In this document: positions 1-10,616 of the stretch, in pieces
Layout: the number at the start of each line of letters is the position of its first letter
How positions within the stretch are numbered: the first letter of the stretch is position 1
NCBI GenBank assembly: GCA_015059425.1
Contig: SVAM01000009.1
Coordinates: 3,543-67,542 of the forward strand
Origin: Bacillota bacterium
GTDB lineage: Bacteria; Bacillota_I; Bacilli_A; RF39; UBA660
Reading direction: 5' to 3'
DNA length: 64,000 nt
The notes under the pieces: generated by a model
Seen by the model: the letters and a program-made list of their open reading frames with translations, nothing else
What the model was told of the DNA's origin: nothing
Database searches by the model: none
Translations under genes and position numbers: made by a program

Positions 1-647
1 TACTTGAAAAATATAATTTAAAATGTAACATAACAACAAACGGGACTTTATTAAAAGAAAAATTAGATGTTTTAAAAAATGCTAAATGTTTACGACAATT
101 AAACATATCAATACATAGTATGACTCAAAATAAAGAGCTGGATAAAGAATATTTAAATAATACATTTGAAAGTGTTGATAAATTAGATAATGTTATAATA
201 TCTTATCGTTTATGGAATATAAACAATAGATTAGAAAATAATATAAATAAAGATATTATAAAAAGTATAGAAGATTATTATAATATAGAAAATATTAGTA
301 ATAGTTTAAAAGAAAATAATTATTATAAAATAAAAGAAAATATTTTTATAAATCAAGACCAAGAATTTATATGGCCAAATCTAAATAATAAGGAAATAAT
401 TGAAAAGGGAAGATGCCTTGCTTTAAAAGAACAAATAGCAATACTAGTAGATGGCACAGTAGTGCCTTGTTGTTTAGATAACAATGGAGATATACCTCTA
501 GGCAACATTTTAGAGGAATCATTAGAAGAAATTTTAAATAAAAAAGAAACAATAAAAATAAAAAATAATTTTGAAAGTAACATCATAACATGTAAACTAT
601 GTAAGACATGTGGGTTTTTAAAAAGATTAGAAGAAAAAAGAAAATAA
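1..647 (+). CDS. radical SAM / SPASM-domain protein, C-terminal part (5' end outside window)
   Basis: Open frame from the window edge (NLKCNITTNGTLL...). Cys-rich C-terminal motifs CCLDNNGD...CKLCKTCGF are typical of SPASM/twitch auxiliary Fe-S domains. Confidence 0.6.
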   Translation, partial: LEKYNLKCNITTNGTLLKEKLDVLKNAKCLRQLNISIHSMTQNKELDKEYLNNTFESVDKLDNVIISYRLWNINNRLENNINKDIIKSIEDYYNIENISNSLKENNYYKIKENIFINQDQEFIWPNLNNKEIIEKGRCLALKEQIAILVDGTVVPCCLDNNGDIPLGNILEESLEEILNKKETIKIKNNFESNIITCKLCKTCGFLKRLEEKRK

Positions 648-818
648 AATATAAAAATATAACTAATTTAAGCTAGTTATATATTTTTAATCGTATTGAC
701 GTACAATTGTACTTTTGATATACTATATATATCTTGAAAAAAATGTTATAAAAAAAATTAAAAATGATAAAATACATATGATTTAAGTATCAATTATTAA
801 ATGAAAGGATGAAAAAAA

Positions 819-1814
819 GTGAACGAACATGGGAATATAGTTATTTATAAAGATAAGAATGGTAATAATAATATAGAAGTAAAAATGAGAGATAATACTG
901 TTTGGTTAAATCAAGAACAGCTTGTAAAATTATATAATTCTAGCAAATCAAATATATCTGAACATATAAAACATATATTTGAAGAGGGTGAATTAGATGA
1001 AATGTCAACTGTTCGGAAATTCCGAACAGTTGCATCAAATGGTAAATCATATAATATGAATTATTATAATCTTGATATGATTGTAGCAATCGGTTTTAGA
1101 GTTAGATCAAATGTTGGTACGAATTTTAGAAAATGGGCAAATGAAAGATTAATTGAATATATGACTAAAGGATTTACGATGAATGATGATTTACTTAAAC
1201 GTGCTGGTGGAGGATTATACTTTGATGAATTATTATCTAGAATACGTGATATCAGATCATCAGAAAAAGTTTTTTGGAGAAAAATATTAGATATTTATGC
1301 AACTTCCGTAGATTATGATCCTAAAGCAAAAATAACACAAGAGTTTTTTAAAACAGTTCAAAACAAAATGCACTGGGCTGTGCATGGCCATACTGCAGCT
1401 GAGATTATAGTTGAAAGAGCAAATAGTGATAAAGATTTTATGGGAATGACTACTTTTGGTGGAGATTATCCAACGTTAACAGATGCAGCAATTACCAAAA
1501 ATTATTTAACAGATAAAGAATTGGATATTTTAAATAGAATTGTTTCTATGTATCTAGATTATGCAGAATTACAAGCAATTGAAGAAAAAACTATGACAAT
1601 GGAAGATTGGATTAAAGAATTAAATTATTTTTTAACAATGAATAAAAAAGATATATTAAAAGATTCTGGTAAGATAAGTCATGAAACGGCAATGAATCAT
1701 GTAAAGAAAGAGTATGATAAATATAAAGACAGGATTTTATTAAAACCAAGTGATGTTGAACTTCATTATTTAGAAAGCATAAAAAATTTAGAAATGATTG
1801 ACACTAAAAATTAG
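819..1814 (+). CDS. RhuM-family virulence/cytoplasmic protein
   Basis: 331 aa, GTG start with RBS aaaggatg. The sequence ...RKFRTVASNGKSYNMNYYNLDMIVAIGFRVRSNVGTNFRKWANERL... is characteristic of the RhuM family. Confidence 0.75.
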   Translation: MNEHGNIVIYKDKNGNNNIEVKMRDNTVWLNQEQLVKLYNSSKSNISEHIKHIFEEGELDEMSTVRKFRTVASNGKSYNMNYYNLDMIVAIGFRVRSNVGTNFRKWANERLIEYMTKGFTMNDDLLKRAGGGLYFDELLSRIRDIRSSEKVFWRKILDIYATSVDYDPKAKITQEFFKTVQNKMHWAVHGHTAAEIIVERANSDKDFMGMTTFGGDYPTLTDAAITKNYLTDKELDILNRIVSMYLDYAELQAIEEKTMTMEDWIKELNYFLTMNKKDILKDSGKISHETAMNHVKKEYDKYKDRILLKPSDVELHYLESIKNLEMIDTKN

Positions 1815-1927
1815 TTGTGTCATTTTGATTAAACAAATTAGCAAGAAGCTACAGATGAAATATAACATAACATTAAAAAAAAATAGTAAAAATAAAAAAA
1901 GATTTATAATAAGAAAAGAGGTGTATT

Positions 1928-3871
1928 ATGTTTGAGTTAGTATCAAAATATAAACCATCAGGTGATCAACCTAAAGCAATTGAAGAACTTGTTAAAGGTA
2001 TAAAAGATGGTAAAAAAGAACAAGTATTATTAGGGGCTACAGGGACAGGTAAAACCTTTACTATAGCAAACGTAATAAAAGAGGTACAAAAACCAACTTT
2101 AGTTTTAGCACATAATAAAACTCTTGCAGGTCAACTTTATGCTGAATTATGTGAATTATTTCCAAATAATCATGTTTGTTTCTTTATATCATATTATGAT
2201 TATTATCAACCAGAAGCATATGTTCCATCAAGTGATACTTATATAGAAAAAGATGCATCTATAAATGATGAAATAGATGAATTAAGGCATGGCGCTACAA
2301 GTGCTTTAATTAATTATGATGATGTAATTGTAGTATCTAGTGTATCATGTATATATGGAATTGGTGAAAAAGAAGAATATGAAAAATCCATGTTAATATT
2401 AAACCTAGGAGATAATATCAAAAGAAATGATATCATTAATCGATTAGTTGATATGACATATGAAAGAAGTGATTTAGACTTCCACCGCGGAACATTTAGA
2501 GTTAAAGGTGATATTATAGATGTTATACCTGCGAATGAACATGCTCATGGGATTAGAATTGAATTATTTGGTAATGAGATAGATAGAATATCAACATTCG
2601 ATCCCGTAACAGGTGTTATCATATCTGATAAAAAAACAATTACTATATCACCAGCTTCCCACTTTGTAACTAGCCCTGAAAAATTAGAAGAAGCAGTCAA
2701 AAGAATAGAAGCAGAGTTAAAAGAAAGATTAGAAGAATTAAAAGATGAAGGGAAGTTATTAGAAGAGCAAAGATTAAGAGAAAGAACCAATTATGATTTA
2801 GAGATGTTAAAAGAAACTGGTTTTTGCAATGGTGTTGAAAACTATTCAAGGCATCTAGCATTACGCGAAGCAGGAGAAACTCCTACTTGTTTAATAGACT
2901 TCTTTCCTAAAGATTTCTTATTAGTAGTTGATGAATCACATGTTACATTACCTCAAGTAAGAGGGATGTATAATGGGGATAGAATGCGAAAACAAACCCT
3001 TGTAGACTATGGGTTTAGATTACCTAGTGCCTTAGATAATAGGCCACTTAATTTTGAAGAGTTTGAAAATAAAATCAATCAGGCGATATATGTATCAGCA
3101 ACTCCAGGTGATTATGAATTAGAACACACTAATCATGAGTATGCAGAGCAAATTATAAGGCCTACTGGGTTACTTGATCCAACAATTGAGGTTAAAGGTA
3201 CTGAAGGGCAAATAGATGATATAATTGAACAAATAAAATTAAGAAAAGAAAAAAACGAACGAGTTTTAATAACTACACTAACTATAAGAATGAGTGAAGA
3301 ATTAACTAATTATTTAAAAGAAATGGGTATAAAGGTTGCATATCTTCATAGCGAAATAAAAAGTTTAGAAAGATTAGAAATAATAAGACAGTTAAGATTA
3401 GGTGTATATGACTGTGTAGTAGGCATAAACTTATTAAGGGAAGGGTTAGATATACCAGAAGTAAGTTTAATTTGTATTTTAGATGCTGATAAACAAGGAT
3501 TTTTAAGAAGTGACAGGAGTTTAATCCAAACAATTGGAAGATGCGCCAGAAATGAGTATGGGCATGTAATAATGTATGCTGATACTATAAGTGAAGCCAT
3601 GGACAAAGCAATAAAAGAAACAGCAAGACGTCGTGAAATTCAAGAAAGATACAATAAAGAAAATAATATAACACCTAAAACTATAATTAAAGAAATAAAA
3701 GAAGTAGTAACAAACGAGGTTGAGTCTAAAGCTAAGAAACCTAAGATGAGTAAGAAAGAAAAAGAAAGTATTTTATTAACTATAGAATCTGAAATGAAAG
3801 AGGCAGCTAAAAACTTAGATTTTGAAAGAGCTATGGAACTTAGAGATATATTATTTGAAATGAAAAAATAG
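1928..3871 (+). CDS. uvrB: excinuclease ABC subunit B
   Basis: 647 aa. N-terminus [22 protein letters not shown]..., Walker [11 protein letters not shown], UvrB helicase motifs and a C-terminal UvrB/UvrC-interaction helix ([14 protein letters not shown]). Confidence 0.95.
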   Translation: MFELVSKYKPSGDQPKAIEELVKGIKDGKKEQVLLGATGTGKTFTIANVIKEVQKPTLVLAHNKTLAGQLYAELCELFPNNHVCFFISYYDYYQPEAYVPSSDTYIEKDASINDEIDELRHGATSALINYDDVIVVSSVSCIYGIGEKEEYEKSMLILNLGDNIKRNDIINRLVDMTYERSDLDFHRGTFRVKGDIIDVIPANEHAHGIRIELFGNEIDRISTFDPVTGVIISDKKTITISPASHFVTSPEKLEEAVKRIEAELKERLEELKDEGKLLEEQRLRERTNYDLEMLKETGFCNGVENYSRHLALREAGETPTCLIDFFPKDFLLVVDESHVTLPQVRGMYNGDRMRKQTLVDYGFRLPSALDNRPLNFEEFENKINQAIYVSATPGDYELEHTNHEYAEQIIRPTGLLDPTIEVKGTEGQIDDIIEQIKLRKEKNERVLITTLTIRMSEELTNYLKEMGIKVAYLHSEIKSLERLEIIRQLRLGVYDCVVGINLLREGLDIPEVSLICILDADKQGFLRSDRSLIQTIGRCARNEYGHVIMYADTISEAMDKAIKETARRREIQERYNKENNITPKTIIKEIKEVVTNEVESKAKKPKMSKKEKESILLTIESEMKEAAKNLDFERAMELRDILFEMKK

Positions 3872-3898
3872 TTACATTTTCATTTCAAATTTTTTTTA
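3857..3898 (+). terminator. intrinsic terminator after uvrB
   Basis: 10-bp stem gaaatgaaaa/ttttcatttc followed by a T-tract. Confidence 0.6.
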
Positions 3899-3927
3899 TT
3901 TTGATATAATAAAAATAGGTGGTAAAC

Positions 3928-5856
3928 GTGAAAAAAACAAATAGAATTATATATATAACATTTTTAATAATTTATTTAGAAATTATATCAAAGATATTTA
4001 TTACAAATAGTTTAAATGGGCTATTTTATACATTGATATTTAGTATTCCATTTATCTTCATAATATATTTATTAACAAATATATTTAAAGAAAAAGGAAA
4101 TAAAATACTTACTTTTATAATTAGCTTTATTTGTATATTTTTCCATGGTTTCCAATATGTTTTTTACAAGTTATTTAGCAATATTTTTTCATTTAACTCA
4201 ATAGCTTTGGCAGGTAATGCAATAGACTTTATTGATATAGCAGTTAAAGAAACTATAAAATGTTTACCAGTTATAGCTATCTATTTAATACCATTCATAT
4301 TACTAATAATATTTAATAAAAAAATATCATTTAAAAGAATAACTAAAAAAAGATTACTATTAAATTTATTATTAATATTTATAACTTATGGAGCATCATT
4401 ATTAAGTTTACAAATTAATAAAAACGAGTTATATTCTGCTTATAATTTATATTATAACGTAAATAGTGAATTAAAGATATTAGAAGAATTTGGTGTAGTA
4501 ACATATACTAAAGTAGATATCAAAAGAGTTATATTTGGTTTTGAAGAAAAGATAATAAATTTAGAACATTCTAATAGTACAACATTTGAAGAAAATGAAA
4601 ATAATGAAGTAGATAAACCCATAACATACAATAAAGTAGAAATTGGCTTTGAATCATTAATGAATAATGAATCTAATGAAAATATAAAAAGTATTTTAAC
4701 ATATTTTAAAGATAGTAATCCAACAAATAAAAATGAATATACCGGTCTGTTTAAAGGTAAAAATTTAATATTTATCTTAGCAGAAGGTTTTAATATGATT
4801 GCAGTCGACAAAGAAATTACTCCAACACTATATAAATTAACAACTGAAGGATTTGTCTTTAATAATTTTTACTCACCAGTATTTTTAAGTACAACTGGTG
4901 GAGAATTTCAAGCAACAACAGGAATGATACCTACCCAAGAAATATTAAGTGATTGGAAAAAGTATCAACCAACAATTAAATATGGCTTAGGACATAGTTT
5001 TAAAAATATTGGCTATGAAGTTCAAGCTTATCATAATTGGACATATGACTATTACAATAGAGATAAAACTATGAAGACATTAGGATTTGACAATTATATG
5101 GGATGTAGGAATGGCTTAGAAAAACTAATGAATTGTGGCTGGTTGCCAAGCGATATAGATTTATTTGATGTAACACTTCCAATGTATAAAGATTATGATA
5201 AATTTGCTACTTATTATGTATCGGTATCAGGGCACTCACCATATGTATTAGGAATAACAGGCTTTGATAATACTAAATACGTAAAAGACTTGCCTTATTC
5301 AAATAATGTTAAAGCTTATTTAGCAAGTCAAATTGAATTCGATCGTGCTCTTGAAAAATTAATTAATGATTTAGATGAAGCTGGGATATTAGAAGATACG
5401 GTAATCTCTTTTGTTGGTGACCACTATCCATACACTCTTACCATGGATGAAATAAACGAATTAAGCGATTACACAAGAGATAGTATAGTAGAAGTTAATA
5501 GAAGTAACTTTGTTATTTGGAACAGTGAAATGACTAAACCTATTACCGTAGATAAAGTGGGAAGTCAAATAGATGTTTTACCTACGTTATTAAATTTATT
5601 TGATATCGAATTTGATTCAAGACTAATAGTAGGGAAAGACATATTAAGTGAAGAACCTGGAGTAGCGATATTTTCCAATAGAAGCTGGGTATCAGATTAT
5701 GGAACATATAGAAATGGTAAATTCACACTAAAAGAAGGAAAAACTTTAGAAAATGAAAGTGAATACATAAATTATATGAATAGTTTAGTAGCAACTAAAT
5801 TTACTTTATCAAGCCAAATTATCAAATATAACATATATGAATATATATTTGAATAA
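3928..5856 (+). CDS. LTA synthase (LtaS)-family sulfatase-domain membrane protein
   Basis: Several N-terminal TM helices followed by an extracellular sulfatase-like domain (FNNFYSPVFLSTTGGEFQATTGMIP..., GDHYPY). GTG start 5 nt after aggtgg. Confidence 0.75.
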   Translation: MKKTNRIIYITFLIIYLEIISKIFITNSLNGLFYTLIFSIPFIFIIYLLTNIFKEKGNKILTFIISFICIFFHGFQYVFYKLFSNIFSFNSIALAGNAIDFIDIAVKETIKCLPVIAIYLIPFILLIIFNKKISFKRITKKRLLLNLLLIFITYGASLLSLQINKNELYSAYNLYYNVNSELKILEEFGVVTYTKVDIKRVIFGFEEKIINLEHSNSTTFEENENNEVDKPITYNKVEIGFESLMNNESNENIKSILTYFKDSNPTNKNEYTGLFKGKNLIFILAEGFNMIAVDKEITPTLYKLTTEGFVFNNFYSPVFLSTTGGEFQATTGMIPTQEILSDWKKYQPTIKYGLGHSFKNIGYEVQAYHNWTYDYYNRDKTMKTLGFDNYMGCRNGLEKLMNCGWLPSDIDLFDVTLPMYKDYDKFATYYVSVSGHSPYVLGITGFDNTKYVKDLPYSNNVKAYLASQIEFDRALEKLINDLDEAGILEDTVISFVGDHYPYTLTMDEINELSDYTRDSIVEVNRSNFVIWNSEMTKPITVDKVGSQIDVLPTLLNLFDIEFDSRLIVGKDILSEEPGVAIFSNRSWVSDYGTYRNGKFTLKEGKTLENESEYINYMNSLVATKFTLSSQIIKYNIYEYIFE

Positions 5857-5993
5857 TTGGCAAAAAGAGGTTTAATATAAAAATAATAATTAATCAAACT
5901 AAAAATATGTACACAGGTATTACTTAGTACATATTTTATTTTTTGATATCAATCTAATATTAAAAGTATTAACGATATTAAAAAGTAATATCT

Positions 5994-6020
5994 AAAAGGA
6001 ACGAACTAGTTCCTTTTTTA
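5994..6020 (+). terminator. intrinsic terminator
   Basis: Hairpin aaggaac-gaacta-gttcctt followed by ttttaa. Confidence 0.6.
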
Positions 6021-6092
6021 ATAATTTTTAATTTTTTATGGTTTATAATAGTAAGAATTTTTAGTATAATATAAAAGAAATGAGGCTATAAT

Positions 6093-6902
6093 ATGAATCC
6101 GATAATGATAAATCTATTTGGTATAGAAATTAAATGGTACTCTCTTTTAATATTAATAGGTATTATATTAGGAATGTTATTAGTAATAAAAGAATCAAAA
6201 AAATTTAACATAGCTAAAGAAACAATATTTGATTTATGTTTTTATGCAGTTATATTGGGTATTTTAGGTGCAAGACTTTATTATGTATTATTTAATATAT
6301 CATATTATAAATACAACATATCTGAAATATTTGCTATATGGAATGGTGGTTTAGCTATTCATGGTGGTATAATAACCGGAGCCATAACAATTATTTTATA
6401 TTGTAAAAAGAAAAATTTAAATTTCATAAAAATATTTGACATAATAGTACCAGCTTTAATTTTAGCGCAAGCTATAGGTAGATGGGGAAACTTCTTTAAT
6501 AGTGAAGCCCATGGCTTTGCCACTACATACACATTTTTAAAGGATTTATACATACCAGAATTTATAATTAAAGGCATGAATATTGGTGGAGTTTATTATT
6601 TGCCAACATTCTATATAGAATCTTTATGGTGTTTATTAGGATTTATAGTGCTTTTAATTATAAGAAGATTTAAATATATTAAAATAGGAACAATTACAAG
6701 TATATATGTTATATGGTATAGTATTGGAAGATTTTTTATTGAAGCCTGGAGAACAGATTCGTTAATGTTAGGAGGCTTTAAAGTAGCGCAAATAGTTTCT
6801 ATCGCATTAATAATGGGTGCAATAATATATTTAATATATATAAGTAGAAAAGGTAAATATGAAGTCTTATATAATGATATAAATAAAGGTAGAGTGATCT
6901 AA
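6093..6902 (+). CDS. lgt: prolipoprotein diacylglyceryl transferase
   Basis: 269 aa polytopic membrane protein with the Lgt signature GRWGNFFNSEAHG. Confidence 0.9.
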   Translation: MNPIMINLFGIEIKWYSLLILIGIILGMLLVIKESKKFNIAKETIFDLCFYAVILGILGARLYYVLFNISYYKYNISEIFAIWNGGLAIHGGIITGAITIILYCKKKNLNFIKIFDIIVPALILAQAIGRWGNFFNSEAHGFATTYTFLKDLYIPEFIIKGMNIGGVYYLPTFYIESLWCLLGFIVLLIIRRFKYIKIGTITSIYVIWYSIGRFFIEAWRTDSLMLGGFKVAQIVSIALIMGAIIYLIYISRKGKYEVLYNDINKGRVI

Positions 6903-7781
6903 ATGTATGATTTAATAATAATTGGGATGGGAGTCTCTGGGATCAGCGCAGGTATATATGCTAAAAGGGCAGGATTAAAAGTATTAATGATAGAAGAAAG
7001 TGCACCTGGCGGTATAATTAACAGTATTCCTAAAATTGAAAATTACCCTGGAATAAAAGAAATAAGTGGACCTGATTTAGCTTATAATCTTTTTGAACAA
7101 GTTAATAATTTAAATATAGAATATAAATTAGAAAAAGTAACAGATGTTATTTTAGAAGATATAAAAACTGTAAAAACAACTAATGATTTATATCAGTCTA
7201 AGTATTTACTTATAGCAAGCGGAAGAAGACCTAGGTTATTAGGTTTAGAAAATGAATTAGAGTATTTAGGAAAAGGAATAAGTACATGTGCATTGTGTGA
7301 TGGCTCTTTATATAAAGGAAAAGATGTTGCAGTAGTAGGCGGTGGGTCTAGCGCTTTAACAGAAGCTATATACTTATCTAAAATAGTCAATAAAGTCTAT
7401 TTGATTCACAGAAGAGAAGAATTTAGAGGGGAAGATACTTTAATTAATGAAGTTAAAGAAATTTCTAATATAGAATTAGTTTTAAATAATGAGATAACTG
7501 ATTTAATTATTAAAGATAATGAATTTAAAGGTATTATTTTAAAAGATAATAAGGAGTTAATTGTAAGTTGCTTATTTGAATACATAGGATACATTCCAAA
7601 TACAGAGTTTTTAAAATCTACAAATATAAAACTTGATCATCAATATATAGTTGTGAATAACAAACATCTTACTAACATTAAAGAGGTATATGCATCTGGT
7701 GATGTTACCCAAAAAGAAATATATCAGATAGTGAATGCTGCAAGTGAAGGTGCAGAAGCAATAATAAATATTACTAAATAA
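6903..7781 (+). CDS. trxB: thioredoxin-disulfide reductase-like flavoprotein
   Basis: FAD-binding GxGxxG (IIIGMGVSG), redox CxxC (CALCDG) and NADPH-binding GGGSSA motifs. Short, at 292 aa. Confidence 0.75.
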   Translation: MYDLIIIGMGVSGISAGIYAKRAGLKVLMIEESAPGGIINSIPKIENYPGIKEISGPDLAYNLFEQVNNLNIEYKLEKVTDVILEDIKTVKTTNDLYQSKYLLIASGRRPRLLGLENELEYLGKGISTCALCDGSLYKGKDVAVVGGGSSALTEAIYLSKIVNKVYLIHRREEFRGEDTLINEVKEISNIELVLNNEITDLIIKDNEFKGIILKDNKELIVSCLFEYIGYIPNTEFLKSTNIKLDHQYIVVNNKHLTNIKEVYASGDVTQKEIYQIVNAASEGAEAIINITK

Positions 7782-7933
7782 CTTGATAGAGAATAAATAC
7801 AAGTTATAATAATATTTACAGGGGAGATAATAATGAAGTTAGAAGAAATTAAAAAATATATGAATATTATGATAAAGAAATAAACGATATCAGAGATAAA
7901 ATTACTGCAGGGGACATATCTTATTATAAAGGC

Positions 7934-8488
7934 TTGCTTCTTATGAAAAAATTGCTTTTAATAGCTTATGTATATCAAGAAATAACTAGACAAATTAATA
8001 AATCGCAAAATCAAGAAAAGAAATTATATGCTTATATTGCTTCTTCAGTATTAGCTATAGCTTTATTAGGATTTTTATTTAAAAGTATGGGCTTGATAAT
8101 ATTTTTAGGCTTAGTAAAACTACCTATAGATGCTAAAGTAATAAGTGCTTTAAGCGATTTACAATATGAATGGGACAATTTTGCTAAAACATATAATGAA
8201 AGTGTAGATAAATTTAATAATACTGATCAATTATTAACTCAAAAATTAAATAAAAAGATTCCAAAACAAGAAGTTATAGAAGATAAAAATGCGATAATAA
8301 GTCTTTATTTATCAAATATAGAAAATAATCAAATCTATAAATTACCAGATTGTCTTAAAGATGAAGTGATATACATATTGCAACAAGATTTAGGTGTAGA
8401 TATAACTGATTACAATGAATTAATAAAATTAGCGCAAGAAAAACTAAGTGATGATACGCTAAAGCGTGAATTAAAAATAATAAACTAA
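7934..8488 (+). CDS. hypothetical membrane protein
   Basis: ORF with TM helices; no recognisable motifs. Confidence 0.35.
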   Translation: MLLMKKLLLIAYVYQEITRQINKSQNQEKKLYAYIASSVLAIALLGFLFKSMGLIIFLGLVKLPIDAKVISALSDLQYEWDNFAKTYNESVDKFNNTDQLLTQKLNKKIPKQEVIEDKNAIISLYLSNIENNQIYKLPDCLKDEVIYILQQDLGVDITDYNELIKLAQEKLSDDTLKRELKIIN

Positions 8489-8507
8489 CCATTGCTGGTT
8501 AGTTTTC
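8481..8507. terminator. bidirectional terminator between convergent genes
   Basis: Hairpin aactaacc-attgct-ggttagtt flanked by T/A runs. Confidence 0.5.
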
Positions 8508-10442
8508 GTTTGGTAATAAAATATCTGGCAATTCTGCAATCTCTTCTTCATTATTTTCCATATTATTATCAGAAGTATCTTCTTGTATAGGAGCTGAATT
8601 ATTAATATAAATAGTCAAAGTTTCTATTTTTTTTAGTAATAATCCTCCAGCATAGCTTTGATTTGCTATTAAACCAGGAGTAATATTTTGGTTATAATAA
8701 TTACTAGTATTATCAACAAATTCTTTTTCTAAAGTGACATTATTTTTATTTGCCCAAGCCTCAGCTTCATTAACACTTAACCCAACAAAATTAGGCATAA
8801 CTTTAAGTGTTTCTCCAGTTTTAATGCCTTGACCAGCTATTTTACTAGTATATTCTTCGTTGGTATCAAAACTAAAGGTTTTTATAAGTTCTTTATCTTG
8901 TAATTCAAGGTTAACCTTCATTAAGTCAGATATAGCTTTTAAAGAATCTGGGTAATGACCAATCGCTGAAGTATAAATACCATTAGCACTTAATTTAACG
9001 TTTAAATCATAGTATTCTAAATAAGTTTTTTCTATAGTAATAAAATCGTCATTACTTAAAGATTTAACTACCATATCCTTTAATACTTCATAAAAAGATA
9101 ACATTTGATTACGAGACATATTTGTAGCAAGATTATTAGTAACAGCATTTAATAATTCTTCAATTTTATTAATATTTGAAGGGCTAGCAACTTTTTTAGT
9201 TAAAGCTTCAATAACTTGTTGTTGATGTTTATTACGTGCTATATCACTTTGAATATAAGCATGTCTACATCTCGCATAAGCTAAGGCTTGTTCACCATCT
9301 AAATGTTGATAACCAGAATTCATACAAATTAGATTATCATAGTTTCTTAATGAATCTTGTTCACAAATTTGACCATTATATTTATTTAAATAAACACTAT
9401 AATCTGGAGCTTCTACTTCTACATCTATTCCTCCTAAAGCATTGACTAGATCAACAACACCTTTAAAATTAATCTTAACATAGTAATCAATTGTAATATC
9501 AGTTAACTGTTCTACTGTATCTATTACACAACTTGTTCCATAAACTGCAGAAGAATTAATTTTAGCATACTGATTATTATTACAAGCGATAGGTACGAAA
9601 GTATCACGAGGAATAGAAAACATTGTTGCATTTAAAGTTTTAGGATTAAAAGTAATAAGCATTAATGTATCTCCATTAAATGACGCATTAGCATTTAAAC
9701 CATCTTTTTCACTATCAACACCCATTAGTAAGATAGAAAAAGGTTCTGTTAGCTTTTTATTGCTACTAACTATAGTGGTATCTTGATTTTTTAATTTTTT
9801 ACTAAATGAGTAATAAACTTTTGTATTTTTAAGTTCTTCAAATCCAGTTTCATTTCCGAATATAGTCATATAGTTTGAATTTAAAAATATGCCATCAATC
9901 TTTTTATTTAAAAGATCGTATATCATTTCATAATAACTAGAATAATATTCTAATTTGTTATTATTAAGTTTTTTATCTTTAATTAAATCTTTAGCAAGTT
10001 CATTTCCTTCTAAATCATCACTACTATTAATCATGCCTAAAATACTCTTAGAATTTATTTCTGTATCCTTTAAAGTAACTAAATTAGAAGTATATGTAAC
10101 AAACTCACTTTCTGCTAAGTTATCCATTCCGTTATTTAATATATTTATATAATAGTTTCCTATAGAAAATATGCCAATAAATAAAATTGTAATAACAGTA
10201 GTAATAGTTAAAGCTACATACTTTTTAAGCAATAAATTAATTAAACTCCATAATAAATAAACAAATAACCATATTCCAAATAACACTATAACTACAATTC
10301 TTATAATAGTTTCTATACCAGCTAAATTTAATATATTATAAGCTATAAGAAAATAATTAACTAAATATAAAACAAATGTAATTAGAAAAATGATTAAAAA
10401 AGCTTTATTAGTTTTTTTTAATTTATTAAGAAGTACTTTCAT
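8499..10442 (-). CDS. LCP (LytR-CpsA-Psr) family cell-envelope phosphotransferase with N-terminal TM segments and C-terminal PASTA-like domain
   Basis: LCP core (...NGDTLMLITFNPKT...FSIPRDT...) and a C-terminal PNFVGLSVNEAEAWANKNNV PASTA-like segment. Confidence 0.75.
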   Translation of the reverse strand: MKVLLNKLKKTNKAFLIIFLITFVLYLVNYFLIAYNILNLAGIETIIRIVVIVLFGIWLFVYLLWSLINLLLKKYVALTITTVITILFIGIFSIGNYYINILNNGMDNLAESEFVTYTSNLVTLKDTEINSKSILGMINSSDDLEGNELAKDLIKDKKLNNNKLEYYSSYYEMIYDLLNKKIDGIFLNSNYMTIFGNETGFEELKNTKVYYSFSKKLKNQDTTIVSSNKKLTEPFSILLMGVDSEKDGLNANASFNGDTLMLITFNPKTLNATMFSIPRDTFVPIACNNNQYAKINSSAVYGTSCVIDTVEQLTDITIDYYVKINFKGVVDLVNALGGIDVEVEAPDYSVYLNKYNGQICEQDSLRNYDNLICMNSGYQHLDGEQALAYARCRHAYIQSDIARNKHQQQVIEALTKKVASPSNINKIEELLNAVTNNLATNMSRNQMLSFYEVLKDMVVKSLSNDDFITIEKTYLEYYDLNVKLSANGIYTSAIGHYPDSLKAISDLMKVNLELQDKELIKTFSFDTNEEYTSKIAGQGIKTGETLKVMPNFVGLSVNEAEAWANKNNVTLEKEFVDNTSNYYNQNITPGLIANQSYAGGLLLKKIETLTIYINNSAPIQEDTSDNNMENNEEEIAELPDILLPNEN

Positions 10443-10616
10443 AACATCACCTTATTATAACAATATATATTATATAATATATCCCAAATACTTTCAATTA
10501 ATTTATAATATTTACGATAATTTTACAAAGTAAATAAAAAATGAAATAACTAAGTTGAGATATCTTTGTATTTAGTATATAATTATTATGAGTAACTATG
10601 ATATAAGGAGGCTAAT

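Noticed and set aside
353-586. Antisense ORFs (77 and 61 aa) inside the radical SAM gene, and the similar short minus-strand ORFs listed throughout the track (e.g. 2545-2790, 3306-3606, 4452-4811, 9236-9445, 12079-12312, 20427-20753, 35174-35443, 46340-46633).
   Set aside because: They are fully embedded in longer, well-supported genes on the opposite strand. They are AT-rich low-complexity translations with no RBS, typical spurious ORFs in a low-GC genome.
1928-3871. uvrB not followed by uvrA, which might suggest an orphan or accessory UvrB.
   Set aside because: The protein is full length with all canonical motifs. uvrA can lie elsewhere, and absence within 64 kb is not evidence of anything unusual.
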